DNA from: Actinomycetota bacterium
Lineage (GTDB): Bacteria; Actinomycetota; Acidimicrobiia; Acidimicrobiales; Ilumatobacteraceae
DNA length: 44,213 bases
Assembly (NCBI GenBank): GCA_037129855.1
Contig: JBAXUC010000001.1
Location: 1-44,213 of the forward strand
Reading direction: 5' to 3'
Part shown: piece after piece, positions 1-9,588 of the stretch
Numbering within the stretch: position 1 is the stretch's first letter
How the letters are laid out: the number at the start of each line of letters is the position of its first letter
Program-made: the position numbers and the translations under genes
Notes under the pieces: model-generated
Told to the model about the DNA's origin: nothing
Seen by the model: the letters and a program-made list of their open reading frames with translations, nothing else
Databases searched by the model: none

Positions 1-16
1 ACGTCGAGAAGTTCAC

Positions 17-403
17 TCATTTTTCTATTCTTTCAAATCGGGTGACGCGATGAATACCAAAATGCGAATCTTCATGCGGGGCTGCAATCAGTTCGACAGG
101 ATGTGGGAATCGAGAATCAAATTCGGCTTGAAGTTTCTTCTGAAATTCAGTGCTTCCCACAATGTTCCATGCGTCTTGTGCGTCCCACACAAACACAAGG
201 GTGACTTCGCCTGGTTTACTACTGTCGAGCCAGACTTCCTTTGACAGGAATGGAATATCCGTGAGGCCTTCCATGTGTGCTTCGCCAAGAGTCCACACTT
301 CGTGGTCTACACGTATGAATTCATCAACAACAGTTGGGTCCATACGGAACACAAGAACCTCAACGGGGCGTTCTTCTCCCGTGGAGTATGAATACTTATT
401 CAT
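17..403 (-). CDS. Small ABM-fold / dimeric alpha-beta-barrel-like protein of unknown function (resembles the TIGR03792-type family as I recall it)
   Basis: 128-aa ORF. Its ATG overlaps the stop of the upstream LldD-like gene by 1 nt (TAATG at 401-405). Pattern of conserved W/EVW residues (EVWTLGE, KEVWLD, VFVWD...AW) is typical of small ABM-like barrels. Confidence 0.55.
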   Translation of the reverse strand: MNKYSYSTGEERPVEVLVFRMDPTVVDEFIRVDHEVWTLGEAHMEGLTDIPFLSKEVWLDSSKPGEVTLVFVWDAQDAWNIVGSTEFQKKLQAEFDSRFPHPVELIAAPHEDSHFGIHRVTRFERIEK

Positions 404-1629
404 TAGATGCGTCCGATCGGAACGAGTGACAAAAGTTCTGGTGTGATCTCAGAAATGGTGCGAACACCACATAAGGCCATGGTGCGTCTCATGTCGTCTG
501 TCAGCATGGTGAGGACCCGTTCAATTCCTGGCTCGCCAGCAGCGCCAAGTCCATAGAGGTAACTACGACCGAGCGTGCACGCGGAGGCTCCAAGGGCGAT
601 TGCCTTCACAATGTCACTGCCGCGACGAATGCCTCCGTCACAAATCAGTGGCAACGTGCCACCTGTTGCTTGAGCAACGGGTGCAAGTAAATCAAGTGGC
701 GCTGGAGCCGAATCAAGTTGACGGCCTCCGTGATTAGATAACGCAACGGCATCGATGCCGTATTTTTGCGCAAGGACTGCATCGGCAACCGACTGCACTC
801 CTTTGAGAATGATGGGGCCGTTCCAGTTGGCGCGAAACCATTCAAGATCATCCCAAGACAACGCAGGTTCAAATTGTTCAGAGATGAAATCGGACAAAGT
901 GACGGCGGTTCCCGTGTTTCCTCGTGATGCTGCGATATTTGAGAACGTGATCGGCTCATTGCGGATGAAATCCCAGGTCCACCCAGGGTGAGTGATGCCG
1001 TCGACGATGGTGCCAAGACCAAGTTTGGGAGGAAGTGTGAACCCACGACGCACGTCACGTTCGCGTCGGCCAAGAACTGCAGTGTCGACTGTAAGCATGA
1101 TTGCTTCATACCCGTTTACCTGAGCGCGAGTGAGCATGTCTTTTACTAGTGCGCGATCACGCCATACGTAGACCTGAAACCATTTAGGTCCGTTGCTGAC
1201 AGCTGCAACTTCTTCAATTGATCGAGTCGACAAGGTAGATAAGCAATAGGGAAGACCGTGTCGTGCGGCAACGCGAGCAACGGAAAGTTCGCCCTGTGAA
1301 TGCGCGATACGTGTGAATCCGGTGGGAGAAAAGAGAAGCGGTGTCTCGAGAGTTCGACCAAGAAATGATGTGCTGGTATCAATGTCGGCAACATTGCGCA
1401 GAACTCGGGGAACGAACTCATACTGCTGGAATGCTGCGGAATTACGACGCATAGTGATTTCGTCTTCAGCTGCACCGTCGATGTAGTCAAAGATGCCGTG
1501 CGGTAGTCGACTTTTTGCAATTAGGCGCAGGTCTGCAATGTTGGCTGCGCGTTCAAAGCGACGCTTCTGTCGCGACAGTGTGGGGACCGAGAAAGTTGCC
1601 ACTGAGCGCAATGTTCGAATTAGCCCCAT
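403..1629 (-). CDS. lldD: FMN-dependent alpha-hydroxy acid dehydrogenase/oxidase (L-lactate dehydrogenase LldD2-like)
   Basis: Motifs IFDYIDGAAEDE, SNHGGRQLD, DGGIRRGSD and N-terminal region IADLRLIAKSRLP match the glycolate oxidase/LldD family. The ORF track starts at 1779, but that would overlap divergent fhs. The in-frame ATG at 1629 (MGLIRTLRS...) gives a 408-aa protein of normal size. Confidence 0.9.
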   Translation of the reverse strand: MGLIRTLRSVATFSVPTLSRQKRRFERAANIADLRLIAKSRLPHGIFDYIDGAAEDEITMRRNSAAFQQYEFVPRVLRNVADIDTSTSFLGRTLETPLLFSPTGFTRIAHSQGELSVARVAARHGLPYCLSTLSTRSIEEVAAVSNGPKWFQVYVWRDRALVKDMLTRAQVNGYEAIMLTVDTAVLGRRERDVRRGFTLPPKLGLGTIVDGITHPGWTWDFIRNEPITFSNIAASRGNTGTAVTLSDFISEQFEPALSWDDLEWFRANWNGPIILKGVQSVADAVLAQKYGIDAVALSNHGGRQLDSAPAPLDLLAPVAQATGGTLPLICDGGIRRGSDIVKAIALGASACTLGRSYLYGLGAAGEPGIERVLTMLTDDMRRTMALCGVRTISEITPELLSLVPIGRI

Positions 1630-1717
1630 GATTGCCTTTCGTTGGTGGTGCAAGGTTACGACACACGGACACGTCTTCGCTTTGGCGTGAGTGTGGCAGT
1701 TGGGTGAGACTTGAGAA

Positions 1718-3415
1718 GTGCCTTTCCCTTCCGACCTTGAAATCGCCCAAGCTGCAACCATTGCTCCGCTTTCTGACATTGCGGGTCAGTTAGGAATTGG
1801 CGATGAGTTTCTAGAGCCCTATGGGCGCCATGTAGCCAAAATAGACCTGTCGGTACTTGAGAATGTTGCGTCTCGGCCGTCGGGAAAGTATGTAGTGGTA
1901 ACAGCCATTACGCCGACTCCACTTGGTGAAGGTAAGACAACTACGTCAGTAGGTCTTGCACAGGCAATGAAACACATCGGCAAGGTCGGACTACTGGCAT
2001 TGCGTCAACCATCAATGGGCCCGACATTCGGTATCAAAGGTGGTGCGGCAGGCGGTGGGTATAGCCAAGTGATTCCGATGGAGATTTTGAATTTGCATCT
2101 CACTGGCGATTTTCATGCAGTCACTGCTGCACATAACTTGCTCGCAGCGATGGTTGATAATCATCTGCATCAGGGAAATGCGCTTGGTTTGTCGCTTGAC
2201 AAAATCACATGGAAGCGCGTTCTTGATGTGAATGATCGTGCACTACGTAACGTGACAATTGGTCAGGGTTCAAAAGAAGATGGGATTGAACGCACATCTG
2301 GCTTTGACATCACTGCTGCTTCTGAAGTGATGGCACTGTTGGCATTGGCAACTTCGATGGAAGATCTTCGTGCTCGACTTGGGCGCATTGTTGTGGGGTA
2401 CACAGCAAGTGATGTGGCAGTAACGGCAGAACAGATTGGATGCGCTGGCGCAATGGCCGTCATTTTACGTGACGCCATCAAACCAAACCTGATGCAGACA
2501 CTTGAGAACACTCCGGCACTCATTCACACGGGTCCATTTGGCAACATCGCTACGGGCAACTCATCAGTTATTGCAGACAAGATAGGCATTCACATGTGTG
2601 ACTACCTCATTACTGAGGCGGGTTTCGGCGCAGACATGGGTGCAGAGAGATTTTTCAATATCAAATGTCGTGTCTCAGGTATGAAGCCTGATGCTGCGGT
2701 GTTGGTGGCAACTGTTCGAGCCTTGAAAGCACATTCTGGTTTGTACAAAGTCGTTGCTGGCAAGCCGCTGCCTGCTGAGATGTTGCAGGAAAATCCTGAA
2801 GATGTTCGCGCTGGTGCAGCCAACTTGGCAAAGCAGATAGAAAATGTTCTTGCACACGGAGTGTCGCCGGTTGTGGCAATCAATGCATTTCCCACTGATT
2901 TTGCAAGCGAGCATGATGTCATTCGTGAAATAGCCGAATCAATGGGTGCCCGTGTTGCGGTATGTACCCATTTCTCTGATGGTGGAGCCGGCGCAGTTGA
3001 CTTGGCACACGCAGTAGTTGCTGCATGCGATGAACCGAATAACTTTCACTTTCTATACGACGAATCTGCATCGCTGAAAGAAAAGATCTCTGCAGTTGCC
3101 ACGAAAATCTATGGTGCAGCCGCCGTGGAGTATTCCGATCTGGCGAATGAACAGTTGTCACGGTACGACGTCAACGGTTTTAGCAATTTGCCGGTGTGTA
3201 TAGCTAAAACTCATCTCAGCATTAGCGGTGACCCCAAATTAAAAGGTGCACCCACTGGTCACACCTTGGTTGTGCGAGAAGTACGGGCATCAGTTGGTGC
3301 TGGGTTCATTTATCCCATCGTGGGGAACATGCGCACAATGCCTGGTTTAGGGGCTGACCCGGCCGCTTTACATATCGATATTGGCCCAGATGGGCGCATT
3401 GTCGGTTTGTTCTGA
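1718..3415 (+). CDS. fhs: Formate--tetrahydrofolate ligase
   Basis: 565 aa with a GTG start. N-terminus PSDLEIAQAA...PLSDIAGQLGI and TPTPLGEGKTTT P-loop are diagnostic of FTHFS. Confidence 0.95.
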   Translation: MPFPSDLEIAQAATIAPLSDIAGQLGIGDEFLEPYGRHVAKIDLSVLENVASRPSGKYVVVTAITPTPLGEGKTTTSVGLAQAMKHIGKVGLLALRQPSMGPTFGIKGGAAGGGYSQVIPMEILNLHLTGDFHAVTAAHNLLAAMVDNHLHQGNALGLSLDKITWKRVLDVNDRALRNVTIGQGSKEDGIERTSGFDITAASEVMALLALATSMEDLRARLGRIVVGYTASDVAVTAEQIGCAGAMAVILRDAIKPNLMQTLENTPALIHTGPFGNIATGNSSVIADKIGIHMCDYLITEAGFGADMGAERFFNIKCRVSGMKPDAAVLVATVRALKAHSGLYKVVAGKPLPAEMLQENPEDVRAGAANLAKQIENVLAHGVSPVVAINAFPTDFASEHDVIREIAESMGARVAVCTHFSDGGAGAVDLAHAVVAACDEPNNFHFLYDESASLKEKISAVATKIYGAAAVEYSDLANEQLSRYDVNGFSNLPVCIAKTHLSISGDPKLKGAPTGHTLVVREVRASVGAGFIYPIVGNMRTMPGLGADPAALHIDIGPDGRIVGLF

Positions 3416-3416
3416 G

Positions 3417-4358
3417 TTATTTACCGCGAAGTGCGGCAACGATTGGTGCGCATTCGTCAATGTTTTCTGCGCCAACAATGGTGTAACTGAAACCCCAACG
3501 CTCGCGACGCTCGAGCAGTTGCTCGATGCATTCCTCAACTGAACCAATAAGTGCAAATGGCGAGCTGTTAATCATGTCTGCTGCAACGCCAAACATCGAT
3601 GAGATGCTGTCGACGGTTGCAGCACGGTCGTTTGTTACCTTCACAAAAAATGTACGAATGTTCATTTCAATGTCGTTGAGTCGATGTGCTCCGGCGGCAG
3701 CAACAATGGCTACTTTTTCGTCCACTGATTCTGCAGTCATTGTTGCAAGTGCTTCTGGTCCAACAACTCCGGCGGTCATTGTGCCGTTGATGCCGATGAT
3801 GTCAGCTTCGCGAGCTGCATATGACAAAACGCGCTTGCCTCCGCCTCCAATGAGAAGTGGTGGACGCGCTTGCACGGGCTTTGGCTGGCCGTTGTAATTA
3901 GTGATGGTGTAGTAATCGCCAGAAAATGAAAAGGAACCATCGGCCATAGCGCCGCGTATGACTGCGACTCCTTCGATGAATCGATCAATGCGCACTTTGG
4001 GTGAGTCATACGGCATACCGGCTTCTTCGTAATCGCTGATCATCCAGCCAGCACCGAGTCCGATCTCGAGACGTCCTTCCGACAGAAGGTCAATTGTCGC
4101 GAGTTCTTTTGCAAGAACAACGGGGTGTTTGTAGTCGTTGTCGAATACCAATGCACCGACACGCAAAGTGGACGTGGCGCTAGCAGCAGCCATCAATGCC
4201 GGAATAGGCGCTAACTGGTCTGTGAAGTGATCAGGCATGGTGAGAACTTCATAACCTGCAGCCTCTGTGCGGCGGGCAAGTTCAGCCCACCCTTTTGCTG
4301 ATGTCTCTTTGGAGACTTGAACACCGAATCTGAAACCGCGATGGGGAAATTGTGACAT
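3417..4358 (-). CDS. Luciferase-like monooxygenase (LLM) family oxidoreductase, probably F420-dependent
   Basis: 313 aa. FGVQV...GYEVLTMPDHF...GRLEIGLGAGW and C-terminal RWGFSYTIV are typical of the actinobacterial F420-dependent LLM subgroup. Confidence 0.8.
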   Translation of the reverse strand: MSQFPHRGFRFGVQVSKETSAKGWAELARRTEAAGYEVLTMPDHFTDQLAPIPALMAAASATSTLRVGALVFDNDYKHPVVLAKELATIDLLSEGRLEIGLGAGWMISDYEEAGMPYDSPKVRIDRFIEGVAVIRGAMADGSFSFSGDYYTITNYNGQPKPVQARPPLLIGGGGKRVLSYAAREADIIGINGTMTAGVVGPEALATMTAESVDEKVAIVAAAGAHRLNDIEMNIRTFFVKVTNDRAATVDSISSMFGVAADMINSSPFALIGSVEECIEQLLERRERWGFSYTIVGAENIDECAPIVAALRGK

Positions 4359-4387
4359 GAAACAACGCTACCGAGATAGGTGACACG

Positions 4388-6724
4388 ATGCGTCAACCAC
4401 AGACAAGTACGGTGTTTTGTGTTGTGAAGTCCCCTCTGAATTGGTCCATGCGCTTTGGCGTTGCCCTCGTGGCATCATCGTTGTTGTTGACGGGCGCGGT
4501 AGTTGGCGCAGCACCACAAGTGTGGCGAGCGCTGAATGCGCATCAAGAGACGCCAGTGGTACTTCCGATCTTTAGTGGGCTATCAACTCGAACGCGCATC
4601 ATGGGCGTTGCTGATAAGCAAATTGGTGTCTTTGAGTTGGAGAACAGTCAGCCGCTAGATATTGCATTTGTGCCAGACATTGTTGTCGCAGCCGTGTTGG
4701 CGGTAGAAGATTCAGGTTTCTATCAACATAAAGGAGTGAATCTCCGAGCGCTCGTACGAGCCACCCTTGCAAATTTTCAGTATTCAAGCGGAAGACAGGG
4801 TGCGTCCACCATTACGCAACAGGTTGTAAAGAACGAGTTCCTTGCTGGTCTCCCACGTGATGGTCGATACAAGATTCTGCAAGCAAGATACGCGGTGATG
4901 TTGGAAAAGAAAGTGTCGAAAGCACAAATTGTAGAGCGCTATCTCAACACAGTGTTCTTCGGAAACAATGCATACGGTATTCAAGCTGCCGCCGATGTGT
5001 ACTTTCAAAAGACGGTTTCCGAACTGTCACTGACTGAGGCAGGGTTCTTGGCTGGTCTTGTTCGGGCGCCATCCACATTTGATCCCATTCGGCGCCCCGA
5101 ACAATCGCGTCGTCGATTTGAGCAAGTACTAGAACGCTTTATTGATGTCGGCCTGATGACAACAGCGCAACGCGATACAACCCTAGAAACATGGCAGCCA
5201 CCAGAGTCGGTGACTAGTGCTCCAGAGAGGCCAACAAGCCGTACATATTTCACTGAGATGGTGCGCGACTATTTGTTGAACAAGTCAACAATCCTTGGTG
5301 CGACATATCCCGAGCGATACAACGCCTTGTTCCGAGGCGGAATTACGGTGTTCACCACGATTGACCCTGCGATGCAAGCTAAAGCTGAGAAAGCGGCAAA
5401 AGAAAAACTGCCAGCCAACAAAACCGGAATTCAATCCTCGATGATGTCATTAGATACGGCTACTGGCGCGATGCGAGCAATTGTGGGCGGACCCGGATTC
5501 TCACCTGGCCGTAACGAAGTGAACCTTGCGCTACGTCGACGCCAAACCGGTTCAAGTATCAAGATGTTTGTACTTACTGCAGCGTTAGAAGCCGGTGCTC
5601 AGGCCAGCGACTTAATAGACGGCACATTGCCGTGTACTTTTCCTAATCCTGGTCTTCCATCAGAACCATTTGTGATTACAAAGGGTGTGAGTCATCCGGT
5701 TTCGCCGTTGGCGGAACAGACGTGGTTATCAATTAACTGCGCTTATGCACGCCTGGCGCAAATTGTTGGTCTCAACCGCGTCGTCAATATGACGTACAAG
5801 CTCGCATCATCTAGTTATCTTTCACGTGATCTGTACACCATTCAGCCGTATGCAAGTTTTTCGACAGGTGCGAATGAATTGAGTGCGCTAGATATGGCGT
5901 CCGGAGCCCAGACAATCGCAAATGGGGGAATTCATAATGAGCCCTACTTCATTGAAAAAATTGAAGGTCCAAGCGGGTTGCTGTACCAGCACACAATGGC
6001 ACCGTCGCAAGTGATCACGAAAGAGATTGCTGATGCTGAAGTGGATATTTTGAAGCAAACGCTTATCAAGGGAACAGCGCGACGTGACCCACTGGAAGGT
6101 AATCGTCCTGCTGGCGGTAAGACGGGTACGCAAGATGAAAACACCAACGCGTGGTTTGTTGGCTTTACGAAGCAACTCACAACTGCTGTGTGGGTGGGAG
6201 ACCCGAAGGGGTATACGCCAATGGTCAACATTCCTGAGTTCACAGCTGATGGAGTTGCCCGTGTGACGGGCAATGCATACCCCGTAAAAATTTGGAAGGC
6301 ATATATGGATGCAGCGCATACAGATATGCCGGTTCTGAATTGGGATGCACCGCCAGCACCGACTCGAAATCCGTTGCGGCTGTATTTGCCTGGCGTTGAC
6401 TGCATTGCAGAATTGGTGTCAGGAAAACTTCCGAAAGCTTCGACAGGCACAATCACCACAGTTGTACCGACGGTCACTACGTCAACACTTCCTGTCGCAT
6501 CTGTCGTCTCAACTACCGTGCCGGGTGTCGTCGGTGTTCCTGTTGCTCCGTCGACCACTGTGTACCGAGGTGCTGTGGTCAAGATTGTCGACCCAGGAAC
6601 AACGATTGCGCCGACTGATACGAATCCGCTAACTCCGGTGATTGGTGTTGATCCCGCTCGGTATTACGTCTTTGACTGCGTTAAGGGCATTCCCCCATCT
6701 ATTAAGACCGTCATGGCGGGGTAA
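4388..6724 (+). CDS. ponA: Class A penicillin-binding protein (bifunctional glycosyltransferase/transpeptidase, PBP1A family)
   Basis: 778 aa with an N-terminal TM segment. GT51 motifs (AVEDSGFYQHKGV, RQGASTITQQ, KILQARYAVMLEK) and transpeptidase motifs (TGSSIK, KTGTQ). T/V/P-rich C-terminal linker. AGGTGA SD-like sequence lies before the ATG at 4388; an alternative ATG is at 4448. Confidence 0.9.
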   Translation: MRQPQTSTVFCVVKSPLNWSMRFGVALVASSLLLTGAVVGAAPQVWRALNAHQETPVVLPIFSGLSTRTRIMGVADKQIGVFELENSQPLDIAFVPDIVVAAVLAVEDSGFYQHKGVNLRALVRATLANFQYSSGRQGASTITQQVVKNEFLAGLPRDGRYKILQARYAVMLEKKVSKAQIVERYLNTVFFGNNAYGIQAAADVYFQKTVSELSLTEAGFLAGLVRAPSTFDPIRRPEQSRRRFEQVLERFIDVGLMTTAQRDTTLETWQPPESVTSAPERPTSRTYFTEMVRDYLLNKSTILGATYPERYNALFRGGITVFTTIDPAMQAKAEKAAKEKLPANKTGIQSSMMSLDTATGAMRAIVGGPGFSPGRNEVNLALRRRQTGSSIKMFVLTAALEAGAQASDLIDGTLPCTFPNPGLPSEPFVITKGVSHPVSPLAEQTWLSINCAYARLAQIVGLNRVVNMTYKLASSSYLSRDLYTIQPYASFSTGANELSALDMASGAQTIANGGIHNEPYFIEKIEGPSGLLYQHTMAPSQVITKEIADAEVDILKQTLIKGTARRDPLEGNRPAGGKTGTQDENTNAWFVGFTKQLTTAVWVGDPKGYTPMVNIPEFTADGVARVTGNAYPVKIWKAYMDAAHTDMPVLNWDAPPAPTRNPLRLYLPGVDCIAELVSGKLPKASTGTITTVVPTVTTSTLPVASVVSTTVPGVVGVPVAPSTTVYRGAVVKIVDPGTTIAPTDTNPLTPVIGVDPARYYVFDCVKGIPPSIKTVMAG

Positions 6725-6736
6725 CTAGTCCCTAAT

Positions 6737-7228
6737 GTGGTGTTGATGTTTCTTTGGTTTATCAGCACTGCAATAATTTCAGTCCTCTTTGTTTTTCGAG
6801 ACGACAGGTTTGATTACAGGGTGCTTGCTCTTGGCGCGGTGCTACCGGACCTGATCGATGTATTCACCGGGGGAGCATGGGTGTTCCATTCGGTTCTTGG
6901 CAGTGTTCTTGCGCTTGCACTAGTCATGGCGTTTGCGCGAAGGGGTACAGCTGCTCGGCGGATGTCATTAGCAATCCCCATCGGAATGTTCATGCACTTG
7001 GTATTTGACGGGGCCTTTAACAACACAAAAGTTTTCTGGTGGCCGTTTGCCGGCTTCAATTTTGGTGGAACAGCAATCCCAAGCTTCGACCGTATTGGTC
7101 TCGATGTAATTCTTGAAATTGCAGGTGCTGCAATGTTGGCACGGGTCTGGCGAACCAATAATTTGTCATCTCCTCGTGCCCGTCGTGAATTTTTTCGCAC
7201 TGGCCGACTCGTATTGGACAAGAAGTAG
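6737..7228 (+). CDS. Membrane-bound metal-dependent hydrolase-like protein (YdjM/DUF457-like)
   Basis: 163 aa with several TM segments and an LPDLID motif typical of the YdjM family. Start is ambiguous among GTG/GTG/TTG/ATG at 6737-6746. Confidence 0.55.
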   Translation: MVLMFLWFISTAIISVLFVFRDDRFDYRVLALGAVLPDLIDVFTGGAWVFHSVLGSVLALALVMAFARRGTAARRMSLAIPIGMFMHLVFDGAFNNTKVFWWPFAGFNFGGTAIPSFDRIGLDVILEIAGAAMLARVWRTNNLSSPRARREFFRTGRLVLDKK

Positions 7229-7232
7229 TCAC

Positions 7233-7808
7233 ATGTTGATTTTGTTGCGTCACGGTCAAACGGCAGCAAATGCCAAAGCTTTACTTCAAGGGCGAATGAA
7301 TTTACCTCTTGACGCCGAAGGCGAACAGCAAGCACTGCGCAGTGGTGAGTTTCTACGTGAGAAATACCCGAATGCATTAGTGGTATGCAGCCCATTAACG
7401 CGTGCGCATCAGACTGCAAGCGCAATTTCTAACACCGTCACCATTGACGAGCGATTCATTGAGCTTGACTACGGAGATTGGGACGGGGTAGCGCTAACGG
7501 ATGTTGATCAAACATTATGGACACAATGGCGCAACGACCCTTCGTTTCGTCCTCCGGGTGGCGAGACCCTGGTTGAATTAGATAATCGCGTGCGGCCAGC
7601 ATTTGAAGAGTTCAGTGAACGCGCGCAAGTAGGTGATGTGATTGTGGTTAGTCATGTTTCGCCCATCAAGAGTGGCGTCACGTGGGCGCTCGGCACTGGT
7701 CCTGAAACGACATGGCGAATGCAATTAGATCGCGCATCAATTTGTCGAATTGCAATCAGTCCGCGCGGACCAGCACTACACGGGTTTAACGAAACATCAC
7801 ATCTGTAG
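7233..7808 (+). CDS. Histidine phosphatase family protein (phosphoglycerate mutase-like)
   Basis: Begins MLILLRHGQTAANA (RHG catalytic motif) and has VVSHVSPIK near the C-terminus. I chose the ATG at 7233, just after the upstream stop (7226-7228), rather than the TTG at 7113. Confidence 0.8.
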   Translation: MLILLRHGQTAANAKALLQGRMNLPLDAEGEQQALRSGEFLREKYPNALVVCSPLTRAHQTASAISNTVTIDERFIELDYGDWDGVALTDVDQTLWTQWRNDPSFRPPGGETLVELDNRVRPAFEEFSERAQVGDVIVVSHVSPIKSGVTWALGTGPETTWRMQLDRASICRIAISPRGPALHGFNETSHL

Positions 7809-7817
7809 CCCCGTTGG

Positions 7818-8172
<355 letters not shown>

Positions 8173-8195
8173 GATGAGTGTATGGGCAAAGACGC

Positions 8196-8966
8196 TTAGT
8201 AAATGAGGCTATTAAGGCTTGGTGTGTCCATGAGGACAGTCGCGCGTGTGCCGGTGTCGTTAACGGGGCCGAGCTGCACTTGAACAGCACTCAAAGATCC
8301 GAATGCGCCAGGCAACGTGGCGACAAGAGCTACACCGTCTTTGTCGTTCGCAGGTGCAAAACCGCCTGTGCCGCCATTGATGAGCTGTGCGGTCACTGCA
8401 GCGCGACGCGATGACCGCGCACCAATTCGAACAAGGTCAGCACGTAAGGCAGGCTGAACAGTGAGTGACACGAAGTATTGGTAGGTGCCGGCAATCAGAG
8501 TCTCAACTGCAAGCGTGAGGGCAAGTGTGTCTGCAGGGAGTTTTCCGCTGGCAACCAAATCGAGTGCAGTCTGACCATAAGCCTGCATCAACTTTGCGTT
8601 GGTGTCTGAGTAGGCCTCACCGTTTCGAGCAGAGATAAGTACTCGAAGGTCTTCAAGGTGTGATGTGTGATCTGCGGCAAATGCTGCGATCACGGATGCT
8701 GTGTCTTTGCTCGCGAGAGCTGTTACTCCAGAGTCAGACAGCATTGCAGATGCCATTGTTTCCATTGACATTGCTGTGCGTAGCAATACAACGTCTGTGA
8801 CTGCAAGATCTTCGAGTTTCACTGTGGTGGGTGATTCACCGATGCGAGCAACAGAAGGCTTGGTTGAACTGCAGGCTGCGAGTACTGCAGATGTTGCAGC
8901 GAGTGCGCCAGATGAACGCAACATTGTGCGACGGCTGATTGGTGAGGAAGTGCTTGTTTTTTTCAT
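8196..8966 (-). CDS. Tat-signal lipoprotein with ferritin-like domain
   Basis: 256 aa. Twin-arginine motif SRRTMLR is followed by a hydrophobic stretch and lipobox LAAC. The mature part has helices with E / DHxxH / E spacing (MSMETM, AADHTSHLEDL, LAVETL) resembling ferritin-like four-helix bundles. Confidence 0.65.
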   Translation of the reverse strand: MKKTSTSSPISRRTMLRSSGALAATSAVLAACSSTKPSVARIGESPTTVKLEDLAVTDVVLLRTAMSMETMASAMLSDSGVTALASKDTASVIAAFAADHTSHLEDLRVLISARNGEAYSDTNAKLMQAYGQTALDLVASGKLPADTLALTLAVETLIAGTYQYFVSLTVQPALRADLVRIGARSSRRAAVTAQLINGGTGGFAPANDKDGVALVATLPGAFGSLSAVQVQLGPVNDTGTRATVLMDTPSLNSLIY

Positions 8967-8980
8967 GATGAGTCCTTCGT

Positions 8981-9553
8981 TCAGTTGCCAACAGCGGCGA
9001 TAGGTGATGCACCAGCAACAAGTTCAAGTGCAGCGGAATGGCGAGCCTCAACGGTGACGATGGAAGCGAGAAGCATTGCTGCATCAATGCCCTTGATTGT
9101 GGCGAGATTGTCCGTATGAATGGTTGCGGTTTGATCTTCGAGCGCTGCTAACTGCCGAGCGACACTGGCTAACGATCCAGCAGGGGACGCAAGCGGCGCG
9201 CTGCCTGGGGTCTTTACGTCCACTGCCAAGTAGCCCGTCAGGGCTTGTGCATATGCAACATGGTGGTCAAGAATGAGAGTCATAGCAATCAGGTCATTTT
9301 CGGTCAGGCCGCCAATGGCTTTGCGATACGTGGCGACCATTCGCGATTCGCGCTCGAGGGATGCATTCAGCGCATCATTGTCGGCGGCGTCGCGGTGTGG
9401 CGGTCCGCCGGCTTCTGCTGCAGATGCACGACCTGCAAACAGCGGAGCTGCAGCAACGATTGCTCCTCCTGTGAGAAGTGAGGCGATGAGTCGACGACGG
9501 GTAGTCATTGACATGTCGGGAGATTCAACTTGGTGAGTGTCCACGTAGGGCAT
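8981..9553 (-). CDS. Tat-signal secreted ferritin-like domain protein
   Basis: 190 aa. TRRRLI twin-arginine motif with an ASA signal peptidase site. The mature part carries E, DHH, ExxxxxH and ExxH (LERE, LDHH, LEDQTATIH, VEARH), as expected for a di-metal ferritin-like fold. Start could be M1, M14 or M16. Confidence 0.65.
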   Translation of the reverse strand: MPYVDTHQVESPDMSMTTRRRLIASLLTGGAIVAAAPLFAGRASAAEAGGPPHRDAADNDALNASLERESRMVATYRKAIGGLTENDLIAMTLILDHHVAYAQALTGYLAVDVKTPGSAPLASPAGSLASVARQLAALEDQTATIHTDNLATIKGIDAAMLLASIVTVEARHSAALELVAGASPIAAVGN

Positions 9554-9588
9554 CCTTTGTCGTGTTGGCGAAATACAGCATCACAACA

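Noticed and set aside
1630-1717. Possible ZTP (pfl) or THF riboswitch upstream of fhs
   Set aside because: I could not find the conserved ZTP strings (GGGUCGUGAC..., CCGCCUGGGC) or a THF-like fold on either strand. At 88 nt, the region is more simply a divergent promoter region.
5944-6582. 212-aa antisense ORF within the PBP1A gene (similarly 17518-18153 within GT4, 6814-7425, 38711-39187 and 42688-43125)
   Set aside because: All are embedded antisense to genes with strong family signatures. They have low-complexity or Arg/Ser/Thr-rich translations and no coupling or SD signals.
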